From Trueperaceae bacterium (GTDB taxonomy: Bacteria > Deinococcota > Deinococci > Deinococcales > Trueperaceae), in the NCBI GenBank assembly GCA_035703635.1, contig DASSXV010000044.1, forward strand, positions 32,001-96,000: DNA of 64,000 nt. The letters are read 5' to 3'. The translations under genes and the position numbers were made by a program. The notes under the pieces were generated by a model, which was not told the DNA's origin, ran no database searches, and was given only the letters and a program-made list of their open reading frames with translations. Shown here in pieces: positions 56,288 through 64,000 of the stretch; within the stretch, counting starts at the first letter, position 1; every line of letters begins with the position of its first letter.

Positions 56288-58888
56288 ATGAACCGCCCTC
56301 CGACCATCCCCGAGCTCATGAGCCCCGCCGGCCACTGGCCGCAGTTGCGCGCCGCGGTGGAGGCGGGAGCAGACGCCGTGTTCTTCGGCCTCACGCACTT
56401 CAGCGCCCGGTCCAAGGTTGGCTTCACGGCAACCGAACTGCCTGAAGTCATGCGTGAGCTACGTGGTCGCGCGGTCCGGGGTTACGTGACGTTCAATACC
56501 CTCGTGTTCGACGGCGAGTTGCGAGCCGCCCGCCGGGCGCTGGAGGCCATCGGCGAGGCCGGCGTTGACGCTGTCATCGTTCAGGACGTCGCCGCCGCGG
56601 CGCTGGCGCGCGAGGTTGCTCCAGACGTAGAGGTTCACGGTTCAACCCAGATGTCCATCACTAGTGCGCAAGGCGCTGAGTTGGCCAGGGCCTTCGGCTG
56701 CAGCCGGGTGGTGCTTGGCCGCGAGCTGAGCTTGGCCGACATCGCCAAGGTACGTCAGGGCACCGACGTAGAGATCGAAGTGTTCGTGCACGGCGCACTT
56801 TGCGTGTCCTACTCTGGCCAGTGCTTCTCGAGCGAGGCTTGGGGAGGGCGCAGCGCTAACCGCGGCCAATGCGCCCAAGCCTGCCGCCTGTCATATGACC
56901 TACTGGTTGACGGCTCCCACCGCGACCTAGGCGAGTACCGCTACCTGCTCTCCCCAGGCGACCTCTACGCGCTCCACCAGGTACCCGAGCTGGCTCGTAT
57001 TGGCGTTTCGTGCCTCAAGATCGAGGGCCGCTACAAAGACGCCGACTACGTAGCCCTTACCACCGCCGCTTACCGCGAAGCGCTGGACGCACTTGCGCAG
57101 GAGAGAGCGCCAGAGATAACAAGCGAGGACGAACGCGACCTCGAGCAGGTCTACTCTCGGGGGTTAGGGCCTTGGTTCATGCATGGCACCGACCACCAGC
57201 GGGTGGTCGTCGGCCGCGCTCCGCGTCACCGCGGCGTCTTGTTGGGCGAGGTCGCAAACGTAACAAGCTCGACCGTGACGCTACGCCCCGGAAACGACGC
57301 TCCACTCGTCAAGGCCGGTGACGGCGTCGTCTTCGACGCCGCTCAGCGCCGCAGCCCCGACGAGCCAGAGGAAGGCGGCCCTGTCGTCAAGGCTGAGCAA
57401 CTGCCTGGCGGCCTCGTGCGCCTGGCGTTCCTCAGGGGCAGCGTCAACCTCGGCCGTGTAGCAGCAGGCGATTGGCTCTGGCGCACCCACGACGCCGCGA
57501 TTGACTCAAAGGTCAAGCCGTACCTCAACGCGCAAGACCCGCTCTACACACGGCCCGTCAATATCGCCGTGGTGGCGCACGTTGGCCAAGTCATCACCGT
57601 CGAGGGTCGCGCTAGCGGTTCGCGCGGCGCGGTCGTCGCGCGCGTTCAAGGCTCGGAGCCGCTGCAGGCGGCAACGCGGCACGGGCTAACGGCGGCACAG
57701 CTCGCTCAACAACTCGGACGGCTCGGCGGTACGGCGTTCCACCTTGGCGAGCTCACGGTCGACCTGGCAGGCGAACCGTTCGTGCCAGTCAGCGAACTGA
57801 ACCGCCTGCGCCGTGAACTCGTGGAGGGCATCGCCGCCGCGCGAGAATCCCGGCCCGCGGCGGCGGCACAGTGGAGAGCGACACCGAACGGCGCGGCGGC
57901 GCATGGTCGTGGCGCATCCTCTCAACCCGATGCGCCGTCCAGGCTTCACCTGCTCGTCCGCACGCCGGAGCAGCTAGACGCCGTCCTTGCGCTAGTCGCA
58001 GATCACGCTGCTGCGTGGCCCGTCGCCAGCGTCACGCTCGACTACCTCGAGCTGTACGGCCTGCGCCCGTCAGTCGAGAGGGCGCAAGCGCTTGGGGTGG
58101 AGGTGCGCGTTGCGTCTCCGCGCGTCCTGAAGCCGAGTGAGCAGAACATCGTCAGGTTCCTACTTGGGCTTGGTTGCGGCATCGTGGTGCGGTCGGGCGG
58201 GCTGCTCCACGACCTCGCGCGCATCGCGCCAACTGAGCGGCCGCTGCTTGTCGGCGACTTCAGCCTCAATGTGGCGAACGCCGAGGCCGCGCGGGCATAC
58301 CTCGACCTCGGACTGGCAACGATCACACCCGGTCACGACTTGAACGCCAAGCAAGTGGCCGACCTCGCCCGCTCCGTAGGGGGCACGGCCCTCGAAGTGG
58401 TGGCGTACCAGCATTTGCCCGTCTTCCACACCGAGCACTGCGTGTTCTGCCGTTACCTGAGCAGCGGTCACGACTACCGCGACTGTGGTCACCCATGCGA
58501 GAAGCACCGTATCGCCTTGCGCGACGCGCGCGGCCGCGAGCACCCGGTCATGGCGGACGTCGGATGCCGCAACACCGTGTTCAACGGCGAAGCGCAGACC
58601 GCCGCCAGGCACCTGACCAGTTGGTGGCAAGCGGGCGTGCGGGACTATCGACTCGAGTTCGTTCACGAGTCAGGGGCGAACGTCACCGAGGTCGTCGCTG
58701 CGTACACCGCGGCTCTCAACGCCGTCGAGCAAGGCGCCTACCGCCCAGCCGCGCTTGAAGAGCGGTTGGCTGCAGCCGTCGGGGCGATCACCGAAGGCAG
58801 CTTGTTCGTCCCGCGCGCGGCGCAAGCGGACGAAGGCGCCCTCGCCGAACTCCTCGAACTACCCGTCTTTCAGGGCGGCGTTCACTAA
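56288..58888 (+). CDS. U32 peptidase family Fe-S protein with DUF3656-like region (RlhA-like RNA hydroxylase)
   Basis: ELMSPAG, GADAV, HGSTQM, HGALCVSYSGQC, NRGQCAQACR, KIEGR, second degenerate U32 domain. Confidence 0.88.
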   Translation: MNRPPTIPELMSPAGHWPQLRAAVEAGADAVFFGLTHFSARSKVGFTATELPEVMRELRGRAVRGYVTFNTLVFDGELRAARRALEAIGEAGVDAVIVQDVAAAALAREVAPDVEVHGSTQMSITSAQGAELARAFGCSRVVLGRELSLADIAKVRQGTDVEIEVFVHGALCVSYSGQCFSSEAWGGRSANRGQCAQACRLSYDLLVDGSHRDLGEYRYLLSPGDLYALHQVPELARIGVSCLKIEGRYKDADYVALTTAAYREALDALAQERAPEITSEDERDLEQVYSRGLGPWFMHGTDHQRVVVGRAPRHRGVLLGEVANVTSSTVTLRPGNDAPLVKAGDGVVFDAAQRRSPDEPEEGGPVVKAEQLPGGLVRLAFLRGSVNLGRVAAGDWLWRTHDAAIDSKVKPYLNAQDPLYTRPVNIAVVAHVGQVITVEGRASGSRGAVVARVQGSEPLQAATRHGLTAAQLAQQLGRLGGTAFHLGELTVDLAGEPFVPVSELNRLRRELVEGIAAARESRPAAAAQWRATPNGAAAHGRGASSQPDAPSRLHLLVRTPEQLDAVLALVADHAAAWPVASVTLDYLELYGLRPSVERAQALGVEVRVASPRVLKPSEQNIVRFLLGLGCGIVVRSGGLLHDLARIAPTERPLLVGDFSLNVANAEAARAYLDLGLATITPGHDLNAKQVADLARSVGGTALEVVAYQHLPVFHTEHCVFCRYLSSGHDYRDCGHPCEKHRIALRDARGREHPVMADVGCRNTVFNGEAQTAARHLTSWWQAGVRDYRLEFVHESGANVTEVVAAYTAALNAVEQGAYRPAALEERLAAAVGAITEGSLFVPRAAQADEGALAELLELPVFQGGVH

Positions 58889-58910
58889 ACGCGCCAAACC
58901 GAAGCGCGCG

Positions 58911-60782
58911 CTACAAGGGGAACAACAGCGGAACGACCACCAGGCCGACGACCCCCATGAGCAATTGCAGGGGCAGCCCGACTCTCGCGAAGTCCATGAA
59001 GCGGTACTGGCCGGGGCCGACCACCAGGGTGTTGACTGGCGTCGCCATGGGCGTGCAGAACGACGACGCGGACGCTAGCGCCACCATCATCAACACGCCC
59101 TCGGGCGACACGCCAAGCCCGGCTGCTGCGCTCAACGCCACCGGCGCCATCAACACGGCCGTGGCGGTGTTAGACATCACCTGCCCAAGGCCCGCCGTCA
59201 CTAAGTACGTGCCAGCCAGCAATACTAGCGGCCCGGAGCCTCCGAACACCCGCACGACGACATCGGCCACCAGCTGCACGCCGCCCGTGACCTCTAGGGC
59301 CGACGCTAGCGGCAACATGCCAGCGATCAACACGACCGACTGCCACTGCACGGAGCGGTAAGCCTCCTCCATGGACAGACAACCAGTCACCACCAACGCG
59401 AGAGCAGCCATCAGGACAGCGACCACTGGAGCCACCCAACCCGCTGACATGCTGGCCAGCATCAACAGCAAGATCACCACCGCGAGTGGCGCCTTTCGGC
59501 GTTTCGGGGCAGGACGTTCACCGCCAGACTCGCTAAGCACTACCGCGTCTAAGCGCTCACCGTCGAGGCGGTCGATGGCGGAAAGCGCCCCCTGGACGAG
59601 AAGCGTGTCCCCGAAACGCAAGCGCGTCTCCGCCAGCCGTTGTGCACCGCTACCCTCGACCACCCGCTCGCCGCCGCGCTGCAACGCAACGACCTGCACT
59701 CCGAAGCGCTCGCGGAAACGCAGCGCGGCCAGGCTGTTACCTATCCAGCTCGAGCGCGGCGTCAGCAGTACCTCAGCGAAACCGAGGTTGGCAGGCACTA
59801 GGTCCTCGCCATTGACATCGACCTCTAGAAGTTCAGAGGCCGCCAGACCAGCCACCGCGCCTAACGCCTCGCGGCTGCCCTGCAACAAGATGCGGTCGCC
59901 AACGCGGAACTCCGTGTCGGGGCCGAGGCTCTTCGAGCGCCCTAGGTGGCGCCGCGAGCGCACGCCCGCCCTCACGGCCTCCGGCTCGGTATCGATCGCT
60001 AGAACACGCACGCCGAGGCGCTCAGGCCACCGCACCTCACGCAGACTACTGCCAACAAGGGGCGAGCCAGACTGCAAGGTGAGGCGCCCCAAACGCGTTG
60101 GCAAACCGTAACGCGTTGCCACCTCGACGAGGCCCTCCGTCTCCCCTCGCGCGCCCGGTGAGGTGGGTGCGGTCGCTGGGAGCAGGAAGCGCCCCAAGGT
60201 GGCCATGTAGAGGATGGCGACGGCCAACATGACGATGCCGATGGGCGTAAAGGCGAAGAAACCGAACGGCGCCCTGCCAGCGTCCTCCAGCGTCTGCGAC
60301 ACCACCAAGTTAGGCGGCGTGGCGATCAGCGTGAGCATGCCACCGACGAGCGCCGCGAACGCCACCGGCAGCAGCAGCTTGCTTGGGCTCACCTTCGCGC
60401 GCCACGCCATCGACACGACGATGGGCAGCATGACCGCGACGGTGCCAGTCGAACTCATGAAGGCAGATAGCAGTCCGGTGGCCAGCATGACCGCCACGAT
60501 CATCCTGGGCTCGCTCTTGCCTGCCACTCGCCCGAGAGCGTTCCCAACCGCGGCGGCCAACCCCGTGTTCACGATGGCGAAGCCAACTACGAACAAGCCA
60601 GCGATCATGATCACCAGCGCATCGGAGAACCCAGCCAGCGCCTGCTGCGGGCTGAGCACGCCGCTGAGGGTGAGGGCAAGCACGACTAGTAAGGCAACAA
60701 CGTCGATCCGGACGCGATCGGAGACGAACAGCACGATTGCCACGCCGAGAATGATGAAGACGGTGAGGGTAGGTCCGGACAT
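58911..60782 (-). CDS. SLC13/DASS family permease with TrkA-C domains
   Basis: TLIATPPNLVV, MSNTATA, TPVN..V.GPGQY, two RCK-C repeats. TAACTT 5 nt before ATG 60782. Confidence 0.9.
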   Translation of the reverse strand: MSGPTLTVFIILGVAIVLFVSDRVRIDVVALLVVLALTLSGVLSPQQALAGFSDALVIMIAGLFVVGFAIVNTGLAAAVGNALGRVAGKSEPRMIVAVMLATGLLSAFMSSTGTVAVMLPIVVSMAWRAKVSPSKLLLPVAFAALVGGMLTLIATPPNLVVSQTLEDAGRAPFGFFAFTPIGIVMLAVAILYMATLGRFLLPATAPTSPGARGETEGLVEVATRYGLPTRLGRLTLQSGSPLVGSSLREVRWPERLGVRVLAIDTEPEAVRAGVRSRRHLGRSKSLGPDTEFRVGDRILLQGSREALGAVAGLAASELLEVDVNGEDLVPANLGFAEVLLTPRSSWIGNSLAALRFRERFGVQVVALQRGGERVVEGSGAQRLAETRLRFGDTLLVQGALSAIDRLDGERLDAVVLSESGGERPAPKRRKAPLAVVILLLMLASMSAGWVAPVVAVLMAALALVVTGCLSMEEAYRSVQWQSVVLIAGMLPLASALEVTGGVQLVADVVVRVFGGSGPLVLLAGTYLVTAGLGQVMSNTATAVLMAPVALSAAAGLGVSPEGVLMMVALASASSFCTPMATPVNTLVVGPGQYRFMDFARVGLPLQLLMGVVGLVVVPLLFPL

Positions 60783-60869
60783 GCCCCAAGTTACGACCTT
60801 GCTGGCCGCCAGAGTAGTTGAGGAACGTCCCCGCGAACGACAGGAACGCGTGACCCACGGCCCATTTAG

Positions 60870-60885
60870 TGTGAGCTTTCGCACA
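60870..60885. promoter_or_regulatory. Putative CRP-family binding site between SLC13 and HU paralog 2
   Basis: TGTGA-N6-GCACA (1 mismatch to TGTGA-N6-TCACA) with AT-rich flanks. Confidence 0.5.
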
Positions 60886-60980
60886 TAATGGGCGCTTTTC
60901 CCTGCCCCATCATCCCGACACGTGTTTTTCTCGTGCCTGATGCCCTATACTCTCGGCGAGTTCACGAAAGGAGCTCGCTA

Positions 60981-61334
60981 ATGGCCAAAGCCAAGGCAGC
61001 ACCCAAGAAGGCAGATAAGACCGTAAGCAAGGCCGATCTCGTAAGCGAAGTGGCAGAAGCCACCGGCCAGTCCAAGAAGGCCGTCAAGGAGACGATGGAC
61101 TCGCTCCTCGCCTCCATGACCTCGAGCATCGCCAAGGGCAACAAGGTCACGCTCACCGGCTTCGGCACGTTCGAAGTCCGCAAGCGCAAGGCCCGCACCG
61201 GCGTCAAGCCAGGCACGACCGAGAAGATCAAGATCCCGGCGAGTCAGTACCCGGCGTTCAAGGCTGGCAAGAGCCTGAAAGACACCGTTGGCGGCAAGAA
61301 GCCAGCGGCCAAGAAGGCTGCGGCCAAGAAATAA
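60981..61334 (+). CDS. hup: HU family DNA-binding protein (paralog 2) with Lys/Ala tails at both ends
   Basis: LTGFGTFEVR, ARTGVKPGT, PAFKAGK, tail KKPAAKKAAAKK. AAGGAG SD and TATACT at 60946-60951. Confidence 0.95.
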   Translation: MAKAKAAPKKADKTVSKADLVSEVAEATGQSKKAVKETMDSLLASMTSSIAKGNKVTLTGFGTFEVRKRKARTGVKPGTTEKIKIPASQYPAFKAGKSLKDTVGGKKPAAKKAAAKK

Positions 61335-61344
61335 GGAAGTAATA

Positions 61345-61416
61345 CCCACCCGCTTGGGTGGGCGCAACTCGTTGTTGAGTATGTGGGGCGGTCACAATGA
61401 CCGCCCCACTTCAATT
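61345..61416. terminator. Tandem hairpins between convergent hup and gntK
   Basis: CCCACCC-GCTT-GGGTGGG (61345-62, T-rich tail on minus) and a 12-bp stem GTGGGGCGGTCA/TGACCGCCCCAC (61383-61409, TTCAATT tail on plus). Confidence 0.7.
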
Positions 61417-61424
61417 GCCGGCAT

Positions 61425-61931
61425 TCATACGGAGTGCAGCGCCCGCAGCGCAAGCTCGACCTGCGCTGCCGGGTCGAGCGTTGGCACGACCGTAACGTCC
61501 GGCTCGACGCTTGGGTCCGGCGCCTCCAAGGTGGCGAACTGCGAGGCGAAGAGCGCCGCCGGGAAGAAGTGGCCCTCCCTAACGCGCAAGCGCGCCTCCA
61601 CGGTGGCTTGGTCGACCTCGAGGTAGATGAACCTCAGCCCGTCCCCCGCTCCGCGCAGCCGGTCGCGGTAACTGAGGCGCAGTGCGCTGCATGCGACGAC
61701 CACGCCGTCGTCGCCAGCCAAACCGCGCGCAAGGGTGTCCGCAACGCGGTCAAGCCACGGCCAACGATCCTCGTCCGTGAGGGGTACCCCGGCCGCCATC
61801 TTCGCGCGGTTAGCCTCAGGGTGGAGGTCGTCGCCATCGACGAACTCGCTACCCAAGCGCTCGGCCACCCAAGCGCCGATCGTGCTCTTGCCGCAACCGG
61901 AGACCCCCATCACGACAACCGCGTGTGCCAC
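61425..61931 (-). CDS. gntK: Gluconokinase (GntK/IdnK type)
   Basis: MGVSGCGKST, DGDDLHP.AN..KM, PLTDEDRWPWL, CSALR..YRD, SQFATLE. GTG shares a base with the larA TAG. Confidence 0.95.
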   Translation of the reverse strand: MAHAVVVMGVSGCGKSTIGAWVAERLGSEFVDGDDLHPEANRAKMAAGVPLTDEDRWPWLDRVADTLARGLAGDDGVVVACSALRLSYRDRLRGAGDGLRFIYLEVDQATVEARLRVREGHFFPAALFASQFATLEAPDPSVEPDVTVVPTLDPAAQVELALRALHSV

Positions 61932-63232
61932 TACTCGCTCTTTGCGCGGTACAGGATCTCGCCCGCCTTGCGCACTAACAACACGCCCTCGTCCTCGCGG
62001 TCGGCCCACTCCTCGACATCGATGGTGTCCGGGTCGAGGTAGCCGAGCGCCAAGGACGCACACTCTTCAGGCGATACCCTCGACGCCAGCGTCACGCGGG
62101 CTCGCGGGAGCTCGACACCGTCGACGTAGTGGCCGTCGCCCCTAACATGTGTGGAGTGGGCCAGCACGCCGAGCGGGTAGTGCGAGAAGTCGCTCCACTG
62201 CTCCAAGAAGTACTCAAGCACGTGGTAGCCGATGGCCCTGATGTGAGTGCCGTGCACTGAACTCACGTCACTCAAGTGCGGAGCGTAGATGATCAGTTCG
62301 CCCCCCGCTTCAAGCGCGGGCTCGAGCTTGTACATGGCCTTACCTGCGGTCCACAGCTCCTCGTACATTGGCGGGGCGCACGACAAGATGCGCTTGTACG
62401 GTTTATCGACCCAACGCACGTGCCGCTCACTGGAGAGGTCCGCCGCCGCCGACCAAGCTTGCACAACGTCGCCGATGAACACGCCAGCGAGGTCGTTGCC
62501 AACGACGACGACGGCAGTCAGCGTGACTGGCGTGCTGAGCAGCTCGGCCGCGGCGTGGATCATGGCGCGCACCGGCGTGTCCTTGATGCCGATGGTGCCG
62601 CGCACGCCGGCAAGCGCACCTAGCCAATGCGTTACGTCGATCATGTCCGAGCCACTGATGCCAGGGAACAAGTACTTGGCGCCGCCCGAGAACCCAACCA
62701 CCTCGTGAGGGAACGTCGGGCCAAGTATCAGGATCTCATCGTGCTCGAGGGCCGCACGGTTGAGGCGCACGTCGACGTCGCCTCCAAGCGTTGGGTGCCA
62801 ACGGTCACCAGCGATCTCCTTCACCCGCGACTGTGGCAGCGACCCGATGCTGACGAGGGTGCCTTCCTCGTACCAGCCGTGGTTGACGATGCGCACGTTC
62901 GGGAAATCGCGCTCCTTCGTCTCGGCGGTGAGGCCGACGAGCCGTAAGAGGTGATCCGGGTCGAGGGGTACGTGCGTGCCGAGGGCCACCATGAAGGTCA
63001 CAGCGCGTGCGTCGTCAAGCGCCTGCATGGTGCCGCGGAACAACAGTGGCAGAGGCACGCTACGCGTGTGGTCAGGGATCAGCACGAGCACGCTGCGGCC
63101 CGTGAACTGTCCAGCAAGGCCGGCGTTGAGGGCTTCGAGTACCTCCGTTTCTGAGAGGGTCTGACCCGCTAGCGCACGGCGCTGCACCCGGAGGCCGCCG
63201 GAAATCGACTGGTGATCGTTTGTCGTATCCAT
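61931..63232 (-). CDS. Lactate racemase (LarA/DUF2088) superfamily 2-hydroxyacid racemase/epimerase
   Basis: PDHTR, ALGTH, PHEVVGFSGGAKYLFPG, THW, ELWTAGKA correspond to LarA catalytic and cofactor motifs. Confidence 0.88.
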   Translation of the reverse strand: MDTTNDHQSISGGLRVQRRALAGQTLSETEVLEALNAGLAGQFTGRSVLVLIPDHTRSVPLPLLFRGTMQALDDARAVTFMVALGTHVPLDPDHLLRLVGLTAETKERDFPNVRIVNHGWYEEGTLVSIGSLPQSRVKEIAGDRWHPTLGGDVDVRLNRAALEHDEILILGPTFPHEVVGFSGGAKYLFPGISGSDMIDVTHWLGALAGVRGTIGIKDTPVRAMIHAAAELLSTPVTLTAVVVVGNDLAGVFIGDVVQAWSAAADLSSERHVRWVDKPYKRILSCAPPMYEELWTAGKAMYKLEPALEAGGELIIYAPHLSDVSSVHGTHIRAIGYHVLEYFLEQWSDFSHYPLGVLAHSTHVRGDGHYVDGVELPRARVTLASRVSPEECASLALGYLDPDTIDVEEWADREDEGVLLVRKAGEILYRAKSE

Positions 63233-63355
63233 CTGAGCACTACCCTAATCGTTCATGGCCGCTTCGGACAGCCTGGCAGTTCGCAAGAGTTGCTCGCCGC
63301 GAGCGCATGACAGGAGTCAACGTCACCACGCTAACCTCGGTAGTAGCATCAACTC

Positions 63356-63934
63356 GTGACGAGCACGCCCCGCTCCCCGCACGCGCCGCTGAAGGTCGTC
63401 GTGGTGTACGCCACCATGTTCGGCGCCACTGAGTTGGTGGCCGAGACGGTGGCTCACGCCCTGTCGGCCGAGTTCGGCGTCGAAGTGGCTTGCCGGGATG
63501 CCGCGTGGCTGGACTTCGCTGAGTTGCTGAACGCCGACCTCATCGTGATCGGCTCGTCGACTTGGAACATCGGGCAGCTACCGAGCGACTGGGAGCTGCG
63601 CCTGGATGAACTAGCGACGCTTGACCTGCACGGCAAGTACGTTGCGCTGTTCGGCACGGGCGACCGCCGCGGTTACCCCGACACTTACCTCGATGCCCTC
63701 GACACCATCGCCCGCGCGCTCACACCGACCGGCTGCACGCTCATCGGCGAGTGGTCGACGGCTGGTTACGTGTTCACCGGGTCCCTGGCGCTGCGCGGCG
63801 ATAACTTCGTCGGGCTTGGCCTCGATGAGGACAACGACCCCGACCTCACCGCTGCTCGCGTGGACCTGTGGTGTGCGCAGTTGGCAAACGAGGTGAACGC
63901 GTTTCACGTGCTTGAGCGGGCTGGAGTCGCTTGA
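63356..63934 (+). CDS. fldA: Long-chain flavodoxin
   Basis: YATMFGATE, STWNIGQL, ALFGTGD..GYPDTYLDA, FVGLGLDEDN. Confidence 0.9.
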   Translation: MTSTPRSPHAPLKVVVVYATMFGATELVAETVAHALSAEFGVEVACRDAAWLDFAELLNADLIVIGSSTWNIGQLPSDWELRLDELATLDLHGKYVALFGTGDRRGYPDTYLDALDTIARALTPTGCTLIGEWSTAGYVFTGSLALRGDNFVGLGLDEDNDPDLTAARVDLWCAQLANEVNAFHVLERAGVA

Positions 63935-64000
63935 GGACCGCCCTGTAGTTCTCATCCCCGGCCCGCGCCCGTGTGGGAAGAGCTCGCCATAACGGCACAT

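Noticed and set aside
1..64000. tRNA/rRNA genes, CRISPR arrays, IS elements, prophage or defence systems
   Set aside because: No cloverleaf or T-loop signatures, regularly spaced repeats, transposase, integrase or cas motifs seen by eye. tRNAscan-SE, Infernal and DefenseFinder runs would be needed to exclude them formally.

Overview
A GC-rich core-genome chromosomal segment from a Deinococcota bacterium, probably Truepera-like. This placement is inferred from an SlpA-type S-layer/porin protein, a stand-alone Nqo15, the Deinococcus/Thermus-type IspF C-terminus (FKTSEGLAP), sufCBD followed by a Rieske ferredoxin, HU proteins with Lys/Ala tails, and many TANNNT boxes directly before start codons. 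About 60 CDS are housekeeping or metabolic: trkAH, acs, suf, uvrA, uvrD, sdaAB/AA, ndh, minDE, hpf, slpA, thyX, rodA, trpF, rplU-rpmA-obgE-yqeK-LCP-rsfS, two HU genes, larA-gntK and a flavodoxin. I found no rRNA, tRNA, CRISPR array, transposase or prophage. The most notable unexplained signals are: (1) a ~200-nt slpA leader with a perfect upstream SD, a 29-codon uORF and a 12-bp helix that could mask the slpA RBS; (2) an orphan cluster of five DnaA boxes with no dnaA/dnaN nearby; (3) a LarA-family enzyme with altered specificity residues coupled to gluconokinase; (4) a non-phosphorylatable receiver/coiled-coil gene directly behind minDE; (5) a probable CTG start codon. All calls come from reading motifs by eye, and no database searches or folding computations were run.
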